Made by a program: the position numbers and the translations under genes. 64,000 bases of DNA from Dehalococcoidia bacterium (GTDB taxonomy: Bacteria; Chloroflexota; Dehalococcoidia; Lucifugimonadales; UBA3495): assembly GCA_965232835.1 (NCBI GenBank), contig OZ247426.1:229671-293670 (forward strand), written 5' to 3'. Each line of letters starts with the position of its first letter. The stretch's first letter is position 1. Below, piece by piece: positions 50,934-61,289 of the stretch. A model generated the notes under the pieces. It was not told where the DNA came from and ran no database searches. It worked only from the letters and a program-made list of their open reading frames with translations.

Positions 50934-51503
50934 ATGGATGACCTAGCGGTTACTCAGGGTCGCAAAGCTGAGTCAGCTTTGGGCATGACCCAGCGGTTAC
51001 AAAAAGTACTTCAAGACTACCTCCGGTATCATCGCATCGAGGGCAGCACAGAGGCGACCGTCAAGTTCTATGCCAAGGAACTGCGGCTGTTTCTCCAGGA
51101 TCTTGAAAAGATTGATCCCGACTGCCAGACGCTGACCGACCTCTCCTCTCTCCACGTTCTTCAGCACCTCGGCTCAATGCGTGAGCGAGGATTGAAGCCC
51201 CGTTCAATCCGCACCCGGTGGCAAGCAATCACCACCTGGCTGAATTGGTGTGTTGATTGGGGCCTCATCGACTACTCGCCTGCAGCACGAATCAAAGCCC
51301 CCAAGGTACCCAAGACACGAAAGCCTTTTTTGACAGAGGAGCAGTTCGCTTCTCTGCTAGAGCTTTGCCCCCTGAACACCTTCGCAAGCGCTCGCAGGCA
51401 ATCTAAGCAGTGGATGATGGCGACCACTGGTGTCAGAAGAAACGAGATGTGGATGTTGAAAAAGGGGGACCTGGACTGGGATGCATCTGTGATTCGTCTG
51501 ATT
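50934..51503 (+). pseudogene. Tyrosine integrase truncated by IS21
   Basis: SAM-like N-domain (EATVKFYAKEL, ITTWLNW) and first catalytic box TGVRRNE; the HxxR and Tyr boxes are missing. Confidence 0.8.
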
Positions 51504-51624
51504 TGTAAGCGGCGGAGGTAAATTGTGCCATGTGGGCGGGTAATCGCTGACAAACGGCGGTTGAAAACAGTACCGCCCGCCATCTTCCATAGGGTTGTAG
51601 CCGACCCCATGGATGGTGCGACGG

Positions 51625-53124
51625 ATGTACAAGGTGGACGTATATCTGCGGGTTCGCCGGGCGGTGATGGTGGAGGGGATGAGCGTGCGGGAAGCGGCGA
51701 GGACCTTCGGCCTGCACAGGGACACGGTGCGCAAGATGCTGGAGTATGCAGTGCCTCCGGGCTATCGTCGACAAGTGCCGCCGCGGCGTCCCAAGGTCTC
51801 ACCCTACACCGGCGTCATTGACCGCATTGTAGAGGACGACCATCAGGTCCCCAAGAAGCAGCGCCACACCGCCAAGTGCATCTACGAGCGGCTCAGAGAC
51901 GAATACGGCTACGACGGTGGATACACCATCGTCAAGGACGACGTTCGGGAGCACCCTCGCCAGACTCGGGAGATGTTTGTTCCGCTGTCCCACCCACCGG
52001 GGCAGGCCCAGTGCGACTTTGGGGAAGCCGTGGCGGTAATCGGCGGCGTACAGCAGAAGGCACACTGCTTCGTATTGGACCTGCCTCACAGCGACGGCTG
52101 CTACGTCAAGGCCTATCCCGCCGAGACCACCGAGGCGTTCCTGGACGGGCACGTAGCAGCGTTCGCCTTTCTGGGCGGAGTGCCCCAGAGCATCCTCTAC
52201 GACAATACCAGGCTAGCTGTTGCCCGGATCCTGGGCGACGGCCGACGCCAGCGCACGAGAGCATTCACCGAGTTGCAGTCCCACTACCTGTTCGAGGACC
52301 GTTTCGGCCGCCCCGGGAAGGGCAACGACAAAGGCAAGGTGGAGGGCCTTGTGGGGTACGTGCGCCGCAACTTTCTGGTGCCCGTGCCGTCCTTCGAAAG
52401 CTTCGATGCGCTGAATGCCCACCTGGAACAACGCTGCCTGGAGCGGATGGACGCCCAGCTCAGGGGACATGCGGAGACCATCGCTCAGAGGATGGAGCGG
52501 GACCTGGACGCCCTGTTGCCGTTGCCGCCGGTGGCCTATGATGCCTGCGACAAGCAGGCTGGCCGGGTGAGTTCGCTGTCCTTGGTCAGGTACAGGACCA
52601 ACGACTACTCGGTGCCGGTGGCCTACGGGCACCGCGACGTACTGGTGAGGGGCTACGTCGACGCAGTGGTGATCAGCTGCGGAACCGAGATCATCGCCAG
52701 GCATCCCGGATCATACGAGCGCGACGACTTCGTCTACGACCCCATCCACTACCTGCCGCTCTTGGAGCGTAAGCCGGGCGCCCTGGACCAGGCCGCACCG
52801 CTGCAGGGCTGGGGACTCCCCGATGAGTTCGGCACGCTGCGGCGTCTGCTGGAGTCCCGAATGGGACGGCGGGGTAAGCGGGAGTACGTGCAGGTGCTCA
52901 GGCTGCTGGAGACCTTCTCCCAGCAGGAGGTGCACGCAGCGGTGAAAGATGCCATCCACCTGGGGGCGCTCAGCTTCGATGCGGTGAGGCACCTGGTCTT
53001 GTGCCGGCTGGAGGGACGGCCCCCCAGGCTGGACTTGGAGCTCTATCCCTACCTGCCCCGGGTCCGGGTCAGCACCACGGCCGCCGGGGACTATATGACC
53101 CTGCTGTCTGGGAGAGCGGCATGA
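51625..53124 (+). CDS. istA: IS21 transposase
   Basis: QAQCDFG, LYDNT, GNDKGKVEG; open reading frame intact. Confidence 0.93.
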   Translation: MYKVDVYLRVRRAVMVEGMSVREAARTFGLHRDTVRKMLEYAVPPGYRRQVPPRRPKVSPYTGVIDRIVEDDHQVPKKQRHTAKCIYERLRDEYGYDGGYTIVKDDVREHPRQTREMFVPLSHPPGQAQCDFGEAVAVIGGVQQKAHCFVLDLPHSDGCYVKAYPAETTEAFLDGHVAAFAFLGGVPQSILYDNTRLAVARILGDGRRQRTRAFTELQSHYLFEDRFGRPGKGNDKGKVEGLVGYVRRNFLVPVPSFESFDALNAHLEQRCLERMDAQLRGHAETIAQRMERDLDALLPLPPVAYDACDKQAGRVSSLSLVRYRTNDYSVPVAYGHRDVLVRGYVDAVVISCGTEIIARHPGSYERDDFVYDPIHYLPLLERKPGALDQAAPLQGWGLPDEFGTLRRLLESRMGRRGKREYVQVLRLLETFSQQEVHAAVKDAIHLGALSFDAVRHLVLCRLEGRPPRLDLELYPYLPRVRVSTTAAGDYMTLLSGRAA

Positions 53125-53919
53125 ACGACCGGTCGACGCTGCTGTTGGAACACCACCTGAAGGAGCTGAGGCTGCCCAGCTTCCTGAGAGAGTACGGGAA
53201 GCTGGCGGCCCAGTGCGCCGCCGAGGGTGTGGACCATCCCCAGTACCTGCTCAGGCTGGCTGAGATGGAACTCATCGACCGCCACCAGCGTATGGTGGAG
53301 CGGCGGATCCGCGCCGCCCGATTCCCCGCAGTGAAGAGTCTGGACACCCTCGACTTCCCGGCCATCCCCTCGGTGAACAAGGCCCTGGTGATGGAACTGG
53401 CACGCTGTGAATACATCCAGCGCCGGGAGAACGTCATCGCTGTCGGCAACAGCGGCACCGGCAAGACCCACGTGGCCCTGGGCCCTTCGGCAAGCTCAGG
53501 AGGGGCTGGCCGCCTGCCAGCGGGGCATGTCCGTGGGTTTCACCACCGCCGCCGGTCTGGTGCATGAGATGATGGAGGCCAGGGACGAGAGGCGGCTGCT
53601 CAATCTCCAGCCGCAACTGTCGCAGCTGAACCTCCTGATTATCGACGAACTGGGCTTTGTACCCCTCTCTCCCACCGGGGCGGAACTGCTCTTCGAGGTC
53701 TTTAGCCAGAGCTACGAGCGGGGCTCTATCCTGGTGACCACCAACCTGCCTTTCGACGAGTGGACCGAGGTCTTCGGCTCGGAACGCCTCACCGGAGCGC
53801 TGCTGGACCGGCTCACCCACCACGTCCACATCCTGGAAATGAACGGCGAGAGCTACCGGCTAAAGCGCAGCCGGGATAACTCCCCGGGTCAAGCTCTGGA
53901 CGATCGCGAGGAAGAATAG
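53121..53919 (+). pseudogene. istB: IS21 helper ATPase, frameshifted
   Basis: GNSGTGKTH in one frame, then IIDELGF and LLDRL in the +1 frame; net +16-nt insertion at about 53485. Confidence 0.88.
53484..53501 (+). repeat. CCTTCGGCAAGCTCAGGA mini-repeat inserted into istB
   Basis: Interrupts the expected ..ALG-LGLAACQ.. coding sequence. Confidence 0.65.
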
Positions 53920-54049
53920 CTCACCCTGACGCTGTCTCCTCTCGCCTCCAGAACCGTGGCTACTCCACTTGCCTACGGCCCTCGGTCATCCGGCAGGTGG
54001 TACACGATTCCGGCGCCCCAGTGGCCCAATTTCTCGGCGCCATTGACAA

Positions 54050-55042
54050 GTGAGCAGAAAGCAAATCGGTCTCGCCAAGAGGGTATTGGAGAGTGACAGC
54101 CCCGTTGTGGAAGCCCTCGGTGAGGTTCTGAGTCAGGGGAAAGCGACCGTCAACGACTGCCTCGAGTTTGTGGTGCAATCTGCTGATGTGCAGATTCCCG
54201 CGGTGGAAATGCTACGCAGCGGCAATGCCAAGACATTGGCTAAGGCGACGGTACGGATCATCGAGGAGATGAGGCAGAGTTCGGCAGGCCCAGATCTCGT
54301 CCAGCGCCCATGGGAGACGATCGATAATCACATCACCATTATCCATTCAACGATGCCCAATCTGGTTTCTGCGGTGGATGAGGACAGCGTGGATGTCATC
54401 ATCACCAGTCCATCCGCAGTTCCCAGCCAGTTGAACAGACTCGACAAACTGCACGACTTCTCGATCTACGCACTGGCCCCGACCGGCCTTGTCGCTGTGA
54501 TCGTCGACCCGATGATCTCAGCACTCGTGATAGTAAACATGTAGCAACCAGGGCTTCAGTTTGTCGCCGAGATGGCCGTCGTTAGTGATTGTCCACAGGG
54601 AAGGAGTCACCGGCCTCACTCGATGACCCATTATCACAGACCGGTTCTAATATTCAGGAAGGGGGATAGCCGGAAGGAGTGGGGAGGCAGTGTGCTGCGC
54701 GTCCCGTCTCAAGAGGGAGGGCAACCTTAAGGTGTGGATAGGTTGCTGGGACTGGCAACAGAGCTTGTGATGGAAAGAGTCGCGAAACCAGGGCAACGAG
54801 TTTGCGACCCCAATATGCTGGACTGCCCTCATTCGGCGAGGGCGGCTTTGAAGAATGGGTGTACCTTTGTCGGGGCTTCGCACGACCCGGGCCGCGTTGA
54901 CCGGATCAGGGAAGCGCTCTACCAAGACGGGCCACAGGACGTGATGACCGAAGTTGAGAAAAATTTTACTGACAACACGCAGGCACTGACATCGCCCCCG
55001 TCTTATGGTCAGCAAGGCCACCTTGATTTGGATGGTCGATAG
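54050..55042 (+). pseudogene. N4/N6 DNA methyltransferase-like pseudogene
   Basis: One frame with stops TAG 54542 and TAA 54728; SVDVIITSPS (motif IV-like), HRPVLIFRKG, KPGQRVCDP (motif I-like), AALKNGCTFVG. Confidence 0.6.
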
Positions 55043-55117
55043 CAACTGGCATCCATTTGGGCAGCCGGAGAACCTGAGCCGGCGTCCTTAACGACAATTT
55101 CGGTAAACGATCATAGG

Positions 55118-56712
55118 TGTCAACGCCGACGAAGATTTGAGCGAAAACGCCTATGGTGATCTGCCCCACCAGGTTCTTGTTCTCCCTGATCGTCAGTTTC
55201 GAATTGACCCACCTTCGGTCTGCTTGCAATATCGCCGAACTGGAATTGACTCACCTTGTCGCTGCTCCCCGGACGTTCCGGCAGTTGCAGGCGCGCAGAT
55301 ACTTCGTCAGTCGTTGTAGTTGTTGTTCACCGCACCGACGCCCAGCAGGTGACGTGCAGCTGAGGAGGTCGGTGTGGGGTTTCTCCCGGAGCCGGTGCTC
55401 TCACCGCGGATGTTCAGCACGTGGCTGTGGTGAAGCAGCCGGTCCAGGATGGCCGAGGCGATGACGGTGTCGCCTAGAATCTCGCCCCACTAGCCGAAGC
55501 CCTTGTTCGACGTCAGGATGATGCTGCCTCGTTCGTACCGGGCCGATACCAAAGTGAAAAAGGCGGTGGCGTCCTCTCGGTCGTAGGGCCAGATGCCGAG
55601 CTCATCCACCACCAGCACCTTGGGAGCGAGGTAGACCTGCAGCCTACGGTCCAAACTGTGCTCCGCCCTGGCCTTCCTGAGGTCCTCCATCAGATCGTAG
55701 GGCCTCCAGGTCCCGCTCCATCCGCTGCCCAATGGTCTCTGTATGGTCGCGGAGCCTGGCGTCCATCCGCTCCAGGCAGCGCCGCTCCAAGTAGGCGTTG
55801 AGCGCGTAAAAGCTCTCGAAAGAGGGCACGGGCACCAGGAAATTGCGCCGCGCGTAGCCCACCAGTACCTCCACCTTTCCTTTGTCGTTGCCCTTGCCGG
55901 GACGCCCGAACCGGTCGTCGAACAGGTAGTGGGACTGGAGCTCGGCGAAGGCGCGGGTGCGCTGGCGACGGCCGTCTCCCAGGATCTTGGCCACCGCCTA
56001 CTTGGTATTGTCATACAGGATGCCCTGGGGCACTCCGCCCAGGAAGGCTAAGGCTGAGACATGTCAGTCCAAGAACGCCTTGGTGGTCTCGGCGGGATAG
56101 GCCTTTACGAAACACCCGTCGCTGTGGGGCAGGTCCAATACGAAGCAGTGGGCCTTCTGCTGTACGCCGCCGATTACCACCACGGCTTACCCAAAGTCGC
56201 ACTGGGCCTGCCCCGGTGGGTGGGACAGCGGAACAAACATCTCCCTGGTCTGACGGCGATGCTCTCTTACATAGTCCTTGACCGTGGTGTATCCGCCGTC
56301 GTAGCCGTACTCGTCCCGGAGGCGCTCGAAGATGCGCCTGGCGGTGTGGCGCTGCTTCCTGGGGACCTGATGGTCGTCCTCTACAATGCGGTCAATGACG
56401 CCGGTGTAGGGTGAGACCTTGGGACGCCGCGGCGGCACTTGTCGACGATAGCCCGGAGGCACTGCATACTCCAGCATCTTGCGCACCGTGTCCCCGTGCA
56501 GGCCGAAGGTCCTCGCCGCTTCCCGCACGCTCATCCCCTCCACCATCACCGCCCGGCGAACCCGCAGATATACGTCCACTTGTACATCCGTCGCACCATC
56601 CATGGGGTCGGCTACAACCCTTATGGATGGCAGTGGGCGGTCCAATTTTCAACCGCCAAATGTCAGTCGGTCAATCCGCCTACCCGGTACACTTTATCTC
56701 CGCCGACGGCCA
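55118..56712 (-). mobile_element. Chimeric degenerate IS21 remnant (istA 5' part fused to a different istB 3' part)
   Basis: Right end GGCGTTGACA at 55118 with repeated GTCAATT boxes; istB fragment VDELGIWPY..RYERGSIILTSN; istA fragment near-identical to 51625 but with a frameshift and stops; junction at about 55700; left end approximate. Confidence 0.8.
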
Positions 56713-56723
56713 GCAGTGTATTC

Positions 56724-57554
56724 TCAATTGCTCTTTGGGCGGGGGTCGAACATCTCGACCCGTACCTCCATCGCTTTGGGATAAAGGGCCGGGCCAAACT
56801 GGTTGAATATTGCCACGTCAGCCGCATCCCGCCCATAAGCAACGGCAACTCTCCCTCCACGTGGAGCTGCCTGCGTTGCATCGAAGGTGTACCAACGGCC
56901 ACCAACATACGCCTCGAACCAAGCGTGAAAATCCATCGGCATAAGTTTGTGCAGATAGCCCACAACGATACGCGCCGGGATGCAGAGACTGCGGGACAAC
57001 GCGATGCCCAAATGAGCGAGCTCACGGCATACGCCCTCCCCTTGCCGGTTAACCTCGACTGCCGACATCTGAAAATTGCTGGAATCTGGATTAAAGCGCA
57101 CGGAGCTGCGGATCCACTCTACAATTCTGGCCACCTGATCGTAGCCGGGCTCGACACCGTCCACCAGGTCCCAGCCGAGGTCCGTAAACTGGTCTGATTC
57201 GCAATAGCGGCTGGGAAGAAGATAGGTCAAAACCTCTTCCGGTAGATTTTGCACCTGGTGAAATGGCGCGCCGGGCGACACGTCAATACCGCCTGGGGTT
57301 GAAACGTCCGCAGATCTACTGAAAGTGAACTCACCTGGGGGTGCAACCAATCGCTCGCACAGGTTACCGTAACCGTCAACAAAGCCCGTGATTGGTACGC
57401 TTGGCGTCAACGTACAGTCTTCATTAGCCACCCACTGATTTGCTCCACTACGCGGACGGAGCATTAGGATAAATGGCGTGGGGACGCTCACATCAAAGGT
57501 AATTTCACAACTTGTACGAAGCCACACTGCGATTCCGTTCCTTGTCATGACCAC
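56724..57554 (-). CDS. Transglutaminase-like domain protein
   Basis: YLLPSRYCESD, GVCRELAH, DFHAWFE, FDAT, GRDAADV. Confidence 0.88.
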   Translation of the reverse strand: MVMTRNGIAVWLRTSCEITFDVSVPTPFILMLRPRSGANQWVANEDCTLTPSVPITGFVDGYGNLCERLVAPPGEFTFSRSADVSTPGGIDVSPGAPFHQVQNLPEEVLTYLLPSRYCESDQFTDLGWDLVDGVEPGYDQVARIVEWIRSSVRFNPDSSNFQMSAVEVNRQGEGVCRELAHLGIALSRSLCIPARIVVGYLHKLMPMDFHAWFEAYVGGRWYTFDATQAAPRGGRVAVAYGRDAADVAIFNQFGPALYPKAMEVRVEMFDPRPKSN

Positions 57555-57646
57555 GTTATCAACCGGTCATAGGCCAGTGTAACAGGGTGCCTAGAAATCT
57601 AGCCGGACAGTGGCGGGTCGATTCCGGTAGAGGGCAGGATCGTACG

Positions 57647-57900
57647 CTAAGGGGAATGACGCCGGTTGAGTTTGTGATAGACGGTTGGCCTTGAGACTGA
57701 GAAGAGCTTGGCGAGATCGCTGATGGAATACACGCCCGTGGCATGCATGCGGCAGAGTTCCCGCTGCTGTCCGTCGGACAGTTTGGACTGCTTGCCGTGC
57801 AATTTCTCCCCGGCGAGGGCATCTGGGCCTAACTTTGCCAGCCGGTCGAGTCTTGGGACGACCAGCGTGTCCCCTACGCGCACGGGTGCGAGGGCCAGCA
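57647..57900 (-). pseudogene. tnpR: Serine resolvase remnant
   Basis: GDTLVVPRLDRLA fused directly to the HTH part SISDLAKLFSVSRPTVY; 5' boundary approximate. Confidence 0.7.
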
Positions 57901-57949
57901 CTACCGCAGCCGGGCCAACCTGTTCGCTGGCATCGTCATCCATCGGAAT

Positions 57950-58089
57950 CCGTTCATCTCTGCGAGGCGGTCAGGCAACGGAAACTCGCCGGGCTGACCG
58001 TAGGGCCCGAGCTCATTACCCACATCTCGCCCTTTGGGTGGGGCTGCACCCTGCTCACCGGCGAATACCGGCGGCCCAAGCGCCAATAG
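57950..58089 (+). pseudogene. tnpA: Tn3 transposase C-terminal remnant
   Basis: ELITHISPFGWGCTLLTGEY resembles the conserved HLSPLGWEHINLTGDY; 5' boundary approximate. Confidence 0.65.
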
Positions 58090-58279
58090 CAGCCTCACCG
58101 TATGAGTCTTCCCCCTACCGTAGTCGACCCGTAGAAGGGCGCCCTTTGCTTAGCGCCCATTCAAAGGCGCGAGCAAAAACCGCCTGACGCTGAAGTCGGA
58201 CGGGACCCTGATTAACGAAGTTTATCCTGCCGGTTGGGGCGACTATTTCTGCCGGCACCGCAAGTGCTATCCTGCACCA

Positions 58280-58770
58280 CCCGTCTACCTGCTGGATGGT
58301 CCAGCGGCTGACCTCCAGGCGTTTGGCCAGTTCCCGCTGGCTCACTCCCCTCGACCGCTCTTCCCGTATATACTCCCGTTGCTGCTCGGTCAGGCTGGGC
58401 CGCTGGCCGGGGAACCGGCCCTCAGTCCGTGCCTTGGCTTGGCCGGAGACCGAGCGCTCCCTGATCGAATTCCGCCACCACTCGCTGAAGGCGAGTACCA
58501 TCTGTAGTTGGAGCTTCCCGTTGGCCGTTGCCGTTTCGAAGTCCTCCGTCAGGGACCGGAACTCCACCCCGGCGTAGTGCAGGCCCTCGATCACCTGCAG
58601 CCCGAAGGTCAGGCCCCGGGAGAGCCGGTCGATGTGGGTGACGACCAAAGCGTCGCCCGCGACCACCAGGTCCAGCAGTTCCAGGAGTCCTCCGCGGTCG
58701 TCCTTGGCCCCGCTGGCCTCCTCGGCCCGGATGTTGCCAATGGCGCAGCCGGCGCGGACGAGGCGCTCCA
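58280..58770 (-). pseudogene. 5'-truncated serine recombinase/invertase
   Basis: EEASG, GDALVVTHIDRLSR, FRSLTE, GKLQLQMVLAFSE, HTH; lacks the catalytic YARVS motif; boundaries approximate. Confidence 0.75.
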
Positions 58771-58908
58771 ACTCCGGGAGAGCAACAGCATGGCGTACCA
58801 GCGCTCCCGCTCCCGGGGCGTGGGCGTCAGAATCATCCGGCGCTGCAAGTCTTTCACATCCAACTCCCACCGCTCCAGCGACCGCTCTATTTCCCTGACT
58901 CCCATCAT
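58770..58908 (-). pseudogene. IS630-like transposase N-terminal fragment
   Basis: LQRRMILTPTPRERERWYAMLLLSRSWSA; fused to the resolvase remnant. Confidence 0.45.
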
Positions 58909-59381
58909 CCCCCATCACAATAGGATTATCTGACCCGCCTCTTGCCCTCCACTTTACCCTGACTGTCTGTGCATCTCACCTCGGCATAGGTTTAGTACTT
59001 ATCGAAAATTGGTTGAAACTGGGAAAATACATAGTGCGGCGAAAGGAAGGTTGGGGGATGGACTGTAAACCCGGGCGCCGAGGTGCACATGAGTGGGATG
59101 AGTGATGACTTACGAATTGAGCGCTTCTCAGTGGGACCGGGCCTGGGGACTGGACGCAGTCGTGGGCGTTAAGGAACATTTTTGACGCCGTCTCCCCAAA
59201 CCCAACGGATAGATGAGCTGGCCTCTCCAAACATAGGAACTTGCCTACCCGCTGCAACAGCGGGCGAATTGAGCAGTCTCCCGAGTTCGCCAAAACTTTG
59301 AACAGCATCGGGGACTACGCATTTGCCTCGGTAAACAGTTGCCGGAACCGCCAGCACACCGGGATAGACCAAGCCTCAGAC

Positions 59382-60619
<1,238 letters not shown>

Positions 60620-60956
60620 GCAGCCTGTCCGAGAAACAGTGTCCTAAACGAAATTCGTCTTCAATTCAATCATTCTTTCCGATTTAATCTTAATCAAGGC
60701 CCATTGAGCCATAATAAGTTTAGCCAGTGGCGCTTTTAGTCTCCAATATCTAATCCTCGGACAGGCTGCGAGCAGCCAAAATTTCAGGGTATGACCAATA
60801 TTTCTCAAAAGCACCCAGAATATTGGTACAAGTACACTATTGCGCGAATCTTTAACTTCAACTAATATCGGTGCTCCATGCAATACATGGACAATGGTAT
60901 AAGTGTTTGATGTAATGAGTGCCCAGCTACAAAAATGATTGGACTGGAGTAAGAAG

Positions 60957-61265
60957 ATGGCAGCATACGTAATTGCGCATTTGGAAGTGACGGACGGTGG
61001 TGCCTATGGCGAATACCGTCAGCGCGTACAGGGAATGATAGAGGAATTTGGCGGCAGAATGCTGGGCCGCGGCGACATCATCGAGGTGATAGGCGGAGAG
61101 ACCCCCTCCGGCCACCACCGGATAATCGTTATGGAATTCCCGACTGTTGAACAGGCCCGTGGATGGCACACCTTGCCGGAGAGTTCCCCGCAACACGCCG
61201 AGCTGCGGGAACTGCGCAACAAGTCCGCCAATGCCGTCCTGACCATCGTTAGCGGAGACGCATAA
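60957..61265 (+). CDS. DUF1330-domain protein
   Basis: AYVIAHLEVTD...YGEY, FGGRML, IVMEFPTVEQARGW. Confidence 0.85.
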   Translation: MAAYVIAHLEVTDGGAYGEYRQRVQGMIEEFGGRMLGRGDIIEVIGGETPSGHHRIIVMEFPTVEQARGWHTLPESSPQHAELRELRNKSANAVLTIVSGDA

Positions 61266-61289
61266 TTAAAACCGCTACCAGGCCGGGCC

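Larger units (their letters stand above)
51504..54048 (+). mobile_element. IS21-family insertion sequence (2545 bp)
   Basis: Imperfect IRs TGTAAGCGGCG..AAATTGTGCCA and TGTCAATGGCG..AAATTGGGCCA; istA plus istB; no target duplication seen. Confidence 0.9.
57614..58131. mobile_element. Internally deleted Tn3-family element (518 bp)
   Basis: 38-bp IRs (29/38 identical), the left one ending TACGCTAAG; contains a resolvase remnant (-) and the 3' end of tnpA (+). Confidence 0.78.

Noticed and set aside
53407-53567. Programmed frameshift in istB
   Set aside because: No slippery run is present, and the shift is fully explained by a +16-nt repeat insertion.
54542-54730. Stop-codon recoding (pyrrolysine or alternative code) in the methyltransferase-like frame
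   Set aside because: One stop is TAA and the catalytic motifs are degenerate; decay is the simpler explanation.
58930-59380. Short ORFs flanking IS630 (also the AT-rich 60620-60930 stretch)
   Set aside because: Only short ORFs with no motifs; cannot tell gene debris from non-coding DNA.
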